DNA from: Candidatus Moraniibacteriota bacterium
Lineage (GTDB): Bacteria > Patescibacteriota > Minisyncoccia > Moranbacterales > UBA1568
NCBI GenBank assembly: GCA_963743885.1
Contig: CAVURJ010000002.1
Span: 433,706-497,705 of the forward strand
Reading direction: 5' to 3'
Length of the DNA stretch: 64,000 bases
Below, one piece after another: positions 10,221-20,191 of the stretch (position 1 is the stretch's first letter; each line of letters opens with the position of its first letter). The position numbers were made by a program, and so were the translations under genes. The notes beneath the pieces were generated by a model, which saw nothing but the letters and a program-made list of their open reading frames with translations, searched no databases and was not told the DNA's origin.

Positions 10221-11687
10221 CTACAACCACTCCACTGGGAATCGGAAGAACTCCTGTCCGCCCGGGCGCATATGGTATATCCACTTCACTCCGTCAGCTG
10301 TCACGAGGAACTTTGAGCGCTTCCCGTCGTATGCTCCTGGGTTCGCATACGGCATCGTCGGTCCTGGTTCGAGTATGCCGGTGACGAGGTTCAGTATCAT
10401 CGTACGCTTCTGGCTCTCCTTTGCGATGAAGATTTTACGCTCCCCATGCATGAAGGTGGAGGATGCGCCTGTTCCTATCGTCTCGCTCCCCCAGTAGGTC
10501 GTTATGGTCTCAAACGTCGCGAGGCCGAAGTTGTACCGATACAGTGTATTCCCGCCACCTCCGCGCAGGCAATAGAGCCCAAATGGGTCTGAATTGTGCG
10601 GATGGAACGTCATGCACCCGCCTGCTGGTGCTGCTGGGAAAGCCCCAAGAGATGCGCTCCATGCCGCACCGGTAGTCTGAGCAACATCAAGCCGGTAGAG
10701 TGTATTCGACGTGCTACCAGGGTTGTAATAGACGAAATCAGAAGACGGTACGATCTGGAAGACAGACGTGTCATCTGGAGGTGTCGTCCAGTTTCCGGTC
10801 CTGGCGTTTCCAGTGACTGCGGCCGCAAGCGTCAAGGTATCCGTCGTGTTCGACGCAATTCTCCTCCGCTGGCCGATGCCTGTTCCGGACAAGATCACAA
10901 CATCAGAAAAGGCATACTTGTTGGCCGTCCATCCAGCGCCAGTCATCACGAGTGTCGTTGACGATCCGGATGTCGCTGTCCCCTTTGGAGTGATGACGAT
11001 GAACGTATCCCCTGCGGTAGGTGCAGAGCCGAAAGCCGCCACGGTAAGCGTCTTCCCATTAGGTACAGCTGTGATTATCCTCCTCTGCCCGGAGAGCGCC
11101 CCGGATGTAAACTCGATATAGTTTCCGATAAGGCCAGAGAAGAATGTTCCGGTCGTTTCTTTCCCTGAAACATTGTCGATGATCGATGTAGCGGTACACC
11201 CGGAGGCTACTGCTCCATCATCGAGGTTTCCGCTCAGTGTCACGTCATCAGGGAGCACGATATTCGCTCCGTAGTCAGCCACGGCAGGAAGGACGACAGT
11301 GATAGTCGTAAGTGCTCTGGCGGCGCAGGAAACGTTGGCTATAGTGACGGTAGTAGTATTGAGGTTGAATACCTGCCACGACGTCAGACCGGCCCCATGG
11401 ATGATATAGAGGACATTCCTGACGGGGTCATATTCGATATCAAGACCCCTATTCCCGTTAGTAATCGTCGCGAGAGGCGTCCAACCAAGCGTCCACGTGT
11501 CAAAAATATACAAGACGGTCGTTGAGGCGCTCGTGGCTGTCGTACCGTACTGGATAGCCCAATACTGGTATCTTACGCCATCGTATGTGCATGATGTTCC
11601 ATGATACGATGGCCCGGGCATGAAGAAGTCCAGCCACTGCTTGACCACGAAATCGACACCCTTCTTGAAATAATAGTTCACCGACAT
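10221..11687 (-). CDS. Virion structural protein (beta-propeller-like with Thr/Gly-rich repeats)
   Basis: 488 aa with two SG.(G).GQRR.I repeats, located in the morphogenesis operon. Confidence 0.55.
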   Translation of the reverse strand: MSVNYYFKKGVDFVVKQWLDFFMPGPSYHGTSCTYDGVRYQYWAIQYGTTATSASTTVLYIFDTWTLGWTPLATITNGNRGLDIEYDPVRNVLYIIHGAGLTSWQVFNLNTTTVTIANVSCAARALTTITVVLPAVADYGANIVLPDDVTLSGNLDDGAVASGCTATSIIDNVSGKETTGTFFSGLIGNYIEFTSGALSGQRRIITAVPNGKTLTVAAFGSAPTAGDTFIVITPKGTATSGSSTTLVMTGAGWTANKYAFSDVVILSGTGIGQRRRIASNTTDTLTLAAAVTGNARTGNWTTPPDDTSVFQIVPSSDFVYYNPGSTSNTLYRLDVAQTTGAAWSASLGAFPAAPAGGCMTFHPHNSDPFGLYCLRGGGGNTLYRYNFGLATFETITTYWGSETIGTGASSTFMHGERKIFIAKESQKRTMILNLVTGILEPGPTMPYANPGAYDGKRSKFLVTADGVKWIYHMRPGGQEFFRFPVEWL

Positions 11688-11697
11688 ATGATTCTTG

Positions 11698-13053
11698 TTA
11701 TGTGATTACCCACTTCTGGCGACGAAGTTCCATGACGATTTCCGAGAACTCCCGCTCCATATCCCTCGTATCGGAGCCTGCTGGAGATCCGGTGCTGTAA
11801 GGGACCGGCTGTGAGTTGTAGCTTCCCCACTGCGGGACCATTGTAAGCGTTCCTGAGACGCGGAGCTGGTCTGAAGTATCCTTCGCATACGGAAGCGCAA
11901 TCTGGATCATTCCGTGCTTCGTAGCGCGCTCTATACCAGCCGTCAGATCAGCCATCTGCTGAACAAGTGCCTGAAGCAGTACCTGGTTCGATACGATACT
12001 GTCTTGCTTCTCCGAGGTAGCCAATCCGGCCGGGAGAGACTCCACGGAAACCGGCTGCGTATCTGCTGGAGTGGTCAACGCCGCGGTATTGGCCTCCAAC
12101 CCGTCTACCGCTGACGAAATAGCATCTAGAACGGTTCTGATACCTTTCAGGCGATCCTGCAGCGTATTGGACGTAGGACTGGCATCAACTTCACCTATAC
12201 GGTCCGACACCTCTTGCGTCTTTGCTTCCAATGTATCGGTATTGAGATTGACGCTGTCTGCAGTAATCTCGAGCTGGTCGGTATTAGCAGCCACCTCTGA
12301 TATGGCGGAAAGGATCGACTGGAGCGTCGCCTCCGTGGCGTCGCCTCCTGACTTTCCGAAGAATCCGGCGCCACCTACTCTGTCGACCGCTACCTTCACG
12401 CGTCCCTGCTCATCGAGCGGGAGATTCAGAGAACCTGATCCGGAAGACTTTCCAATTTCCCTGATAGCATCAATCACCTTCGAAAGGTCAAACTCCGGAA
12501 ACCATTTCGGCTTATTCGGAATATCTACCGTCATCTTGTCCGGAATCTCCACGTGCACGGTGCTTTCCGGGATGATAATCTCCGGCAGCTTTATCTCGGG
12601 AACCTTGATCTCTGGTACCTGGATCTTCGGAAGTTTGATTTCCGGGATGGATACATTCACCTCGATAGGCTCTTCCCGCTTACTTGCTACCTCTTTCCTC
12701 AGGACTCCTATGGCATCGATAAACGCTGTTTTGAGGCGGTCTATGGCCGATATAGTCCCAGAGCCCACCTGTATGCCAACACGGGCCTCCTGGCGCGTTT
12801 TCTTGAGTTCCTCGGTGAGCTTTTCTGACGCTTCCCGCAAATCTTTCCTGGCCCATCTTGATGTGGATACGATAGCCTGGATGATATCCTGGTCATCAAA
12901 ATCAGCCTTCTCCTTCACTATCTTGGACAACGCCGCTATCGCCTTCGGTGCGTCATCCTTTGATCGCAATATTTGAAAAACAAATTGAGCGATAAGATCA
13001 GTATCGCCCTTACTCTGCTGTTTTGCTCTGAGATATTCGTCTCTGTTTTCCAT
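11698..13053 (-). CDS. Phage structural protein with PEIK(L/V) repeats
   Basis: Start at MENRDEYL; contains IPEIKLPKIQVPEIKVPEIKLPEI. Confidence 0.55.
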   Translation of the reverse strand: MENRDEYLRAKQQSKGDTDLIAQFVFQILRSKDDAPKAIAALSKIVKEKADFDDQDIIQAIVSTSRWARKDLREASEKLTEELKKTRQEARVGIQVGSGTISAIDRLKTAFIDAIGVLRKEVASKREEPIEVNVSIPEIKLPKIQVPEIKVPEIKLPEIIIPESTVHVEIPDKMTVDIPNKPKWFPEFDLSKVIDAIREIGKSSGSGSLNLPLDEQGRVKVAVDRVGGAGFFGKSGGDATEATLQSILSAISEVAANTDQLEITADSVNLNTDTLEAKTQEVSDRIGEVDASPTSNTLQDRLKGIRTVLDAISSAVDGLEANTAALTTPADTQPVSVESLPAGLATSEKQDSIVSNQVLLQALVQQMADLTAGIERATKHGMIQIALPYAKDTSDQLRVSGTLTMVPQWGSYNSQPVPYSTGSPAGSDTRDMEREFSEIVMELRRQKWVIT

Positions 13054-13132
13054 ATAGTGTTCGCCTTCCCACTCCTGCCGCGATCGACCCACTCGCTTAC
13101 GCGAGCGCGGCATGAGCGGAGAGGCGAATGCC

Positions 13133-13477
13133 TCATTCCGCGGCCTCTTCAGCCAGTTTCGCCTCGATAAGAGCGGCAATAGCCGGATTCGTAGAACCTT
13201 CCGGAACGACGATTCCGAGCTTCTCGCACTCATTGAGAAGGTCAGCCTTCTTCATCTTGCCATAGTCGACAGGCTTCTGATCATCGGCCTTCTCCTCTTC
13301 GAGGATGGAGGCAAAAGCGACAGCCTGCGCTTCTGACAAGTACGAACGGCGCGCCCGGATGAAGGCGATGTCCTCCTTCTTGAGGGAGCTTACACGTACC
13401 TTCACGAGCTTTTCGAAGCGTGCCTGCGAATGCGGGTCCATTCCTTCGCTCGGTGCTTCTTCCATTTTTCGTGCCAT
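13133..13477 (-). CDS. Small phage protein with C-terminal HeH/Rho-N-like motif
   Basis: DYGKMKKADLLNECEKLGIVVPEGSTNPAIAALIE; directly after the capsid gene. Confidence 0.55.
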   Translation of the reverse strand: MARKMEEAPSEGMDPHSQARFEKLVKVRVSSLKKEDIAFIRARRSYLSEAQAVAFASILEEEKADDQKPVDYGKMKKADLLNECEKLGIVVPEGSTNPAIAALIEAKLAEEAAE

Positions 13478-13525
13478 ATGCGCGTTGTTGCGTTAATTAG
13501 AGACTCGCCGACCTTACGAGCCTTA

Positions 13526-13555
13526 TACTACTCCGGAGCATTGTCCGGAGTAGTA
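13526..13555 (-). terminator. Hairpin after the capsid gene
   Basis: tactactccgga-gcattg-tccggagtagta inverted repeat; no strong U-tract. Confidence 0.4.
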
Positions 13556-13568
13556 AAGACCAACAAGC

Positions 13569-14729
13569 CTAGGCAGACTTGTTGAACTTGGCAAAGAGGC
13601 AGACGCCAGCCTTGCGGCGCTCGTCCGCAACCTTCTCGCCATGGACGAAGAGTCCCTTGACGACGTCGCTGAACGACTCTCTGGAGTTCTCAGACTTGAT
13701 CACGTGCGGATCTTCGATGAAATCGAAGGCGCCAGTGATAAAGGCGCGATGACCACCAACACAGTAGAAACCGTCGGTGTTATCGCCTTCGAACCACTCG
13801 TCAGGAAGCATGTAGACAGTGAAACCGCTGATCTTCCCGATCTCTCCCTTCTCAGTCACCTCGTCGTACACCTTACCGATGCCAGTGCCGAGAGCAGCAG
13901 CCGCGCTGAGGAGCACAGGCTGTGCCGCGAGCGCCGGGAGCGCGATCCAGCGCTTCCCATCGTTCGGGATGCTGAGCTTCGTGAGCATCGCCGAGAGGGT
14001 ATCAAGGTAGAACTTGATAGTGAGCTCGGTAACGGCAAGCACGGTAGCAGCCTGGATCTCGTACGACGCGCCGGCCGAGATGGCACCGCCGGTGTATGCG
14101 GAATCCTTGTCGTCGCTGTCGTCCTCGATAGTGATGGACGTAGCTGACGAATAGGCCTTCACGCGAGACCAGGCGGAATGGCCATCAGCCTTGAACGGCT
14201 TACCGACCATATCTGAGGTGAACGCAGAGCTTGAGCCAGTGACAACACCGGTCGTAGCAGCGACGGCTACGGTACCAGCGACGTGCGACGTACCGAGCCA
14301 GTTGCCAGACGCGGCGCAGTCGTACATCGTCAGGAGCGACTTGTCCATCTCCTCATAGAGCTGGTTCGCTGCCTGGTTGATGAGCTCGCTATCCGGGTTC
14401 TCGACCGCCGACGCGAATGCATCGATGGACGGGATCTCATCGGAGAGCTCAAGCGGCGTATCGACGATAAGCCGCGAGATCACCTCCTCGACAGTCGAGT
14501 AAGTGATGGCACCCTTGCCGGTAGACGACTTCCAGCCGCCGCCCTTGAGGGTGGTGACCACGAACTCCTTGACGGTCTTCGTGATCTTCTTCTTCGCCTT
14601 CGGATCAGACACATTGGCGGCCTCGAAGTCCGAGTTCACCACGTCCACATACATGGACCGGCGAAAGAACTTCTGCAGGGCCCGCGTTTTGTACTTGATC
14701 GAAGTCGAGGTTGTTCCAAAATCGGACAT
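13569..14729 (-). CDS. Major capsid protein (P22-coat/HK97 fold) with inserted domain
   Basis: 386 aa after the scaffold gene; IPNDGKRWIALP, GEIGKISGFTVY, DVVKGLFVHGEKV motifs. Confidence 0.75.
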   Translation of the reverse strand: MSDFGTTSTSIKYKTRALQKFFRRSMYVDVVNSDFEAANVSDPKAKKKITKTVKEFVVTTLKGGGWKSSTGKGAITYSTVEEVISRLIVDTPLELSDEIPSIDAFASAVENPDSELINQAANQLYEEMDKSLLTMYDCAASGNWLGTSHVAGTVAVAATTGVVTGSSSAFTSDMVGKPFKADGHSAWSRVKAYSSATSITIEDDSDDKDSAYTGGAISAGASYEIQAATVLAVTELTIKFYLDTLSAMLTKLSIPNDGKRWIALPALAAQPVLLSAAAALGTGIGKVYDEVTEKGEIGKISGFTVYMLPDEWFEGDNTDGFYCVGGHRAFITGAFDFIEDPHVIKSENSRESFSDVVKGLFVHGEKVADERRKAGVCLFAKFNKSA

Positions 14730-14751
14730 ATGACTTCACAATTACGCGGAA

Positions 14752-15741
14752 TTATTCCGGTATTTGCCCTTTACGAACCATTTCTCGGTACTTATCAGGG
14801 TCTTCTTTTGAAATCCGCTCGATTTCATCCCAACTGAGAGTCTTCGGAGCAGATGACTTGTCCGAGCCGGAGATGGCCCCGGATAACGCCGCTCTCCTTT
14901 CGTCCTCGACCTTCTTGGCTTCAATTTCGGCGACCTTCGCCTCGCTCTCTGCCTTGACGCCGGTTACGAGCTCGTATGCTTCTGATAGCTTCTTGCCGCT
15001 CGACACAAGTGCCGCACATGCCTCAGCTACCTTCTTGTCGTACTCAGGCTTGTCTTCCTGGAGATCAGGGTGGGACTCGTATGTATCACGAATGTCCTTG
15101 TTGAAAGCCTCGATACGATCCTCCTCTTGCTTCTGATGAAGCTTATCTTGGGCGCGAGATTCGACGATAACGTCGAGTTCCTCGTCTGGGATGGTGAAGG
15201 GTGTTTTGTCCCCTGGATTCTTGAGCCTACTCTTGAGAGCAAGGAGCTCCTTGAGCTTGGCTTCGCGTTGTTCGTATGGATACTTCGCGATTTCCTGGGC
15301 AAACTCATCGATATTGATGTCGGAAGCAGACTCGTCACCTTCGAGCACTTTGATGTCCCGGTAGAGCTGCGCAATGCGCTTATCTGACCGATACACCTTC
15401 GGACCTTGTACTGGCACCGTTTCCGGCTCCTTACCCTGGTCCGGCTTCGTCTCTCCGGCTTCTGGCTTCTTTCCGTCTTTCCCTTCCCCTTCGTCGCCTT
15501 CCTTCCGCTCCGGCTCTTGCGCGGCCGGCTTGGGTTCCTCTCCAGATTTCTCAGGTTCGGAAGCGGGTTTCTTGTCTTCTGCGGGCTTCGATGCAGGTTG
15601 CGCTCCCTGCTCGAAGTTTTCCTGTCCGACAAGATCCTTGATGCGCGGGTCGACTTCCTCTGACGCGGGAATGACGGGTTCGACCTTTGCTTCTGCGGGC
15701 GGAGTGGCGCCTCCGTCTGGCGTAAGATCCTTGGGATCCAT
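14752..15741 (-). CDS. Scaffolding protein
   Basis: Acidic, Pro-rich disordered N-terminus and helical C-terminus, immediately before the capsid gene. Confidence 0.7.
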   Translation of the reverse strand: MDPKDLTPDGGATPPAEAKVEPVIPASEEVDPRIKDLVGQENFEQGAQPASKPAEDKKPASEPEKSGEEPKPAAQEPERKEGDEGEGKDGKKPEAGETKPDQGKEPETVPVQGPKVYRSDKRIAQLYRDIKVLEGDESASDINIDEFAQEIAKYPYEQREAKLKELLALKSRLKNPGDKTPFTIPDEELDVIVESRAQDKLHQKQEEDRIEAFNKDIRDTYESHPDLQEDKPEYDKKVAEACAALVSSGKKLSEAYELVTGVKAESEAKVAEIEAKKVEDERRAALSGAISGSDKSSAPKTLSWDEIERISKEDPDKYREMVRKGQIPE

Positions 15742-15837
15742 AAGTTTCGGCCTAATGGTTACGAGTGGGCCGACCTCGTATGCATACGGATCATCTCCTT
15801 GCGGAGAAGTACCCGAGGATGGGGAGTCGATACCCCA

Positions 15838-16236
15838 TTACTCGGAAACTCCTTCTGTTTCTGGTTGCGATGTTTCCTTCTCTTTTTCCTCTTCTGATTT
15901 CTGGTACACTTTCGCGGATGAGGTGCTCTGCGCCCAGGCGATGAGCTTCCTCATGTTCTTGATGCTTTCACTTCGAGCGATATCGATGGCTCCTATGAGT
16001 TCGAGCGAAGTATTTGAGCCAAGCTCTTCCGTATTGACCGGCTCGAGGAGTTCCACGATCATCTCCTCGGCATGCTCTACGATGAGCTGCCAACCTTGCG
16101 TCTGGACGGTCTCTGCCACCATGCATTCTTCTCGATTCTTCCGATCCATGTAGCCCTTCTCGTTGGATACGCGCTCCTTGATAGCCTTATCGCGGCGAGT
16201 CGAGACTTCCCTTATGATTTCTTTTACGTCGCTCAT
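15838..16236 (-). CDS. Phage protein following portal
   Basis: 132 aa; 4-bp overlap with the portal stop. Confidence 0.6.
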   Translation of the reverse strand: MSDVKEIIREVSTRRDKAIKERVSNEKGYMDRKNREECMVAETVQTQGWQLIVEHAEEMIVELLEPVNTEELGSNTSLELIGAIDIARSESIKNMRKLIAWAQSTSSAKVYQKSEEEKEKETSQPETEGVSE

Positions 16237-17996
16237 ATGGTCGGTTCGTTAACGGCTTCCTGCTGCGGCATGATCTCCGCCATCATCTGTTCCATCTGCG
16301 GGTCGACTTGCTCAGCCATAGGCTCAGCTGACGGTCCACCTTCACCTATGCCAGGTACTGATTCCGGGTTGACGGAATCGATGACGATCTTGTCCCAATC
16401 CGGAATCTTCTTGTCGATAGCGATACGCTTCACAACCTCGCCGTAGTCAACCTGCTTCCCTGAGTTCCTGAGGGATTCCTTCATGTCTGGGCTTTCCTCG
16501 ATAAGCTTCAGTATGCCGAGGAGATCTTCGGCTCCGCCGGGAAGCTTCCCAGATGAGCCTTCGTCGACCGTGTACCGGAAAGTACGGTCTTTGAGGAGAT
16601 TGTCGTCAACCTTACCGTTCGCGAAGATAGCGATGTCCTTGTCTTCGAAATTGATGCCGATACGCCTGATTGCATCCGAGATGTTCCTGATGGAAGCTCC
16701 GCCGACGCCGCCACGCTTCACGACCATGGCCATCATCTTGTCGGCCAGGCGCTCATGGAAACGCTCCTGCATGTAGCGGTCCCAGTTGTCGCGCGCGCCT
16801 TCGCGGTTCGCCTGCTGCTTGAGAGCCTCTGGCGTCTTTCCAAACCCAGGATCGACAGACTTTGGGACGGACGTGTCTGTAGTCGCCCCGAGAGACAAGA
16901 GGTTTCCCTTGACGATTCCGTAGGTGCTCTGGAAGGTCTCAGTGCCCTTCGGAGATACATTCGCGAACTTGATGCCTTCTACCTTGCCATCCTTCACGAA
17001 CCAGTTCTTGCTTGAGCCTCGGATGATGGATGACATGACGACATCCTCCGGATCCATGATCGCCGGCGGATTGATGGAAATAGCCACGGAATCGAGATAC
17101 ATCCGGATGAGCGTATCGATGGTCTTCTGCGACGTTTCGCCGCGCTCGTAGTCAGAAAGCCCCCAGTACCGGTCCAGGAGTGGGATAGTCTGCTTGTCGA
17201 CAATCGGGATGCCAGGGTTCCATTCCCTCTCATCGATGATGGTAATTCCAGTCACCTTGTCGATAAGCTTCCAGTCACCGTTCGAATCGAAGACATGGAC
17301 GAGCCAGAGACCCTTCTTGGTCTGCAGCGCGCGCCGCTCCTCGATAGTCATCATGAGAGAATCAGTATTCGGAATGGATGGGTTTCCGCCACTGTACTCA
17401 GCGAGAACTTTTTTTCCACCTTCTCCCCATATCTCTGGGAAGTTCTTCACTCTGTCAGCAAGCCATTTTATTGTTGGGAATGCGTCAACAAAGAGTCGGT
17501 CCATATCGTCGATGACGTACTTCCCCGGCTGCGGCTTGAAACGGCGCGGATGGATAAGCACTGATCCAGGGCCCTTATATGCGTCCGTCTGGATCCAATC
17601 GACGAAAACCGGCATCGTTCCGTATACGTTCGAAAAGACGTTGACCATGCGCTCCTTGGTCAGGAAATCCCCTCCCTGACGGTCGTTCGGTATGATATGT
17701 TCGTGGAATACGAGGTTCGCCGCGATGATGCTGGCGATATCATTCTCGTCGTCCAAGTGGAAGCGTCCGCTGAAAAGCTGGGCCATGATACGGCAGGACT
17801 TGTCGATGACGAGACCCTGCAGCTCTCCGGAGGAATACACCGACTTGGTGTTTTCGCGCTTATCCTTGTATCTGTGATAAAAAAGGCTTTCCCGGTCATC
17901 CCAGGTAAACCCGCTGTCAGCAACATCCTTCACCGCCTTCTCCGCTTCGGAGTATTCCTGAAGAATATCGTCGGATATTTTTTCGCCTACTGGCAT
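16233..17996 (-). CDS. Portal protein (P22-like)
   Basis: About 587 aa, downstream of TerL; start MPVGEK just after leader copy 3. Confidence 0.75.
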   Translation of the reverse strand: MPVGEKISDDILQEYSEAEKAVKDVADSGFTWDDRESLFYHRYKDKRENTKSVYSSGELQGLVIDKSCRIMAQLFSGRFHLDDENDIASIIAANLVFHEHIIPNDRQGGDFLTKERMVNVFSNVYGTMPVFVDWIQTDAYKGPGSVLIHPRRFKPQPGKYVIDDMDRLFVDAFPTIKWLADRVKNFPEIWGEGGKKVLAEYSGGNPSIPNTDSLMMTIEERRALQTKKGLWLVHVFDSNGDWKLIDKVTGITIIDEREWNPGIPIVDKQTIPLLDRYWGLSDYERGETSQKTIDTLIRMYLDSVAISINPPAIMDPEDVVMSSIIRGSSKNWFVKDGKVEGIKFANVSPKGTETFQSTYGIVKGNLLSLGATTDTSVPKSVDPGFGKTPEALKQQANREGARDNWDRYMQERFHERLADKMMAMVVKRGGVGGASIRNISDAIRRIGINFEDKDIAIFANGKVDDNLLKDRTFRYTVDEGSSGKLPGGAEDLLGILKLIEESPDMKESLRNSGKQVDYGEVVKRIAIDKKIPDWDKIVIDSVNPESVPGIGEGGPSAEPMAEQVDPQMEQMMAEIMPQQEAVNEPTI

Positions 17997-18004
17997 AGAA
18001 AAAC

Positions 18005-18139
18005 AAAAAAAGCGGCCTACCAGGTCGCCGCGCATTGGCGCTTGCCTGATAGGTCGCTTCGCTCTCGGTGCGTTTTTCTATGCCGCGTGAGAGTATCGAT
18101 CTACGCTGTCATGATAGCATGTATCATGATTTTGCGCAA
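18005..18139 (-). promoter_or_regulatory. Phage promoter + structured leader/terminator, copy 3
   Basis: Same -35/-10, same GTAGATCGATA at +1 (18104) and identical terminator; the first hairpin has a different sequence. Confidence 0.8.
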
Positions 18140-18492
18140 GGATTATTTCCAGCAATACTTCCTAATGGAATCTCTTTCCCATTGATGCGTACATGGAGGT
18201 TGATACCGGTAATCATTTTACCCTTTCGGTATATAGCCACCTTCCCAGGCTCATTCTGAAAATATGCGATGCTGAAACCACAGGATTTGATGATGAGGCG
18301 CTTCACGAGTTCGCTCGACGTCCGGAAATACAGGCTCCGGCGACGAGGAAACATCATGAGCGCTTTCATGATCATGGCATCAATTTCCTCGGCGTACCTC
18401 TTGGCGAGCTTCATGTACACCAGAGGACTTTCGACTGGGTCATTGACGATGACTTCATCAAGCGACTTGGCTAGATATCGTTCTTTTTCCAT
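18124..18492 (-). CDS. Hypothetical phage protein
   Basis: 122-aa ORF between TerL and portal. Confidence 0.5.
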   Translation of the reverse strand: MEKERYLAKSLDEVIVNDPVESPLVYMKLAKRYAEEIDAMIMKALMMFPRRRSLYFRTSSELVKRLIIKSCGFSIAYFQNEPGKVAIYRKGKMITGINLHVRINGKEIPLGSIAGNNPCAKS

Positions 18493-18513
18493 AGACTTAT
18501 AATTAATGGCTTA

Positions 18514-20181
18514 TTAAAGAGAAAACTCTTCTGGTTGCTTGAAATTGTCCCATTGTTTGTAGTCCTTCTTTTTCGTTGTGACTGGTGGAGAAACTCGGTT
18601 GAAAAGTTGGACTGTTCCAAAAAATGACATGACTCTGTCATCATGAGCCCCCCTGTCAGCCTCTGGCTTTCCAGTTCGTTCATTGATGATAAACGTGAAC
18701 ATCTCCTCGATGGTCTCCTTGTCGTAGATTGTGAACGACTTCGATTCGATGGAGTTTCTTCCATCTCCGCACATGATCGGACGGGTTGTCTTATTTGTAT
18801 CCCATCCAAGCTTCTTCTCCTTCTCGTCCTCTTCCTCTTCTTTGTCATCATCCTTTTTCTCTTCGTCTCCACCCGATTTTCCATACCCTATTTTTGGCAT
18901 CACGAAGATATTGAACTTTCCTGACCTGTTCAGTGAAGACAGTCGCTCCATCTCGCTTCCGCCACCGTTGTTGCGCTCGAAGGCGACAGTGGGCGGAACG
19001 CCCGTGATATCGTAGATCTTCTCAAGAATCGGGAATATATCTTCCGTCATGTTGGCTGCCACCCCATGCCTATGGTGCATAAGAGGAAAATCAAGCTTAT
19101 TCCTCGATAGGAACTTCACGTGGTTTGCATCAGAACCGCCCTGTGAACAGTCAGCGAATACTAAGAAAAACTCGCCCTTCTCGATAGGACGGTACTGCTT
19201 GAGCATTGGGTCGGACGGATACATGAGATCCTCCTTCATTGGCTCTATGGTGTTCGAAAGATACTTGTTGAGTATATTTACATCGAAATAGCAGCTTCCG
19301 GAAGACAGAAACGCCTCTCGATCCTCGAACGGGTATTCTCGGACCATCTTCGCTCTTTCCGTTGGCTTGAGCTTAGACTCGATCTTCTTGATGTACCAAT
19401 AGATCTGCTCTCTGGTAAGCCCAAACCGCTTGCGCTTCGCCTCCCATTCGGCTTGGATGATATATCCGTCTGGAACAGGGCGGCTATACTCCGGGTTCTC
19501 AAACCACGGGAAGAATCTCGACCTGAAATCGCCAAGCCCTTCTTTGCCTGCGAAATACTCCTCAGGCCAAAATCCTATCCTAGACTCACCTGTTGATTCA
19601 CGGAATATCTTCCCGATTCCATCAGCCACCTGCTGCTCGGCACCAATGACAAGATCCCTCGAATTGAGCACTGGAGTATTCGGGTAGAATCCACACTCCG
19701 ACCAGTGGATATTCTGAAGCGTTCCGCCGCGTCCAAGAGTCTTCGCTCCAGCTGTTCCGACGAATAACTCCGACCCTCGGAAGCCTTCGATATACGACAC
19801 CTTGTTGTCGGTTTTAAGAAATGCCTTCCTGTCTATGTTTGCCTTTTGCAAAAAGGAATCGATGAATAGGTCGACTCGCCTAAAGAGCGGCTTCGTGTCT
19901 GCTTCCTTGTGCGATATGATCTGACCACCTACCGCCGGTATATGTCCGAGCTCGGCCATAATGAAGTCAGCAGTCAGTATGGCATCGATAATCGACGAGA
20001 ATCCCTCCTGTCGCGCCTTGAGGTCGTTTTCGCGTATTCCCTGCATGTCTGGATATTCTTCCGTTAGGATGTCGTAATACCTGTTTTGTACGCCATTAAA
20101 TATGAACGGTATCTCTTCGCCCTTCTTGTTTCTGATGCGGAAATTGTCCTGGATGAACCTTCTATAATCGATTTTTGGCAT
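18514..20181 (-). CDS. terL: Terminase large subunit
   Basis: LKARQEGFSS (Walker A variant), IHWSE (Walker B), EST, nuclease FAD...ERN...AHDDRVMS. Confidence 0.9.
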   Translation of the reverse strand: MPKIDYRRFIQDNFRIRNKKGEEIPFIFNGVQNRYYDILTEEYPDMQGIRENDLKARQEGFSSIIDAILTADFIMAELGHIPAVGGQIISHKEADTKPLFRRVDLFIDSFLQKANIDRKAFLKTDNKVSYIEGFRGSELFVGTAGAKTLGRGGTLQNIHWSECGFYPNTPVLNSRDLVIGAEQQVADGIGKIFRESTGESRIGFWPEEYFAGKEGLGDFRSRFFPWFENPEYSRPVPDGYIIQAEWEAKRKRFGLTREQIYWYIKKIESKLKPTERAKMVREYPFEDREAFLSSGSCYFDVNILNKYLSNTIEPMKEDLMYPSDPMLKQYRPIEKGEFFLVFADCSQGGSDANHVKFLSRNKLDFPLMHHRHGVAANMTEDIFPILEKIYDITGVPPTVAFERNNGGGSEMERLSSLNRSGKFNIFVMPKIGYGKSGGDEEKKDDDKEEEEDEKEKKLGWDTNKTTRPIMCGDGRNSIESKSFTIYDKETIEEMFTFIINERTGKPEADRGAHDDRVMSFFGTVQLFNRVSPPVTTKKKDYKQWDNFKQPEEFSL

Positions 20182-20191
20182 AGTCGTTGAT

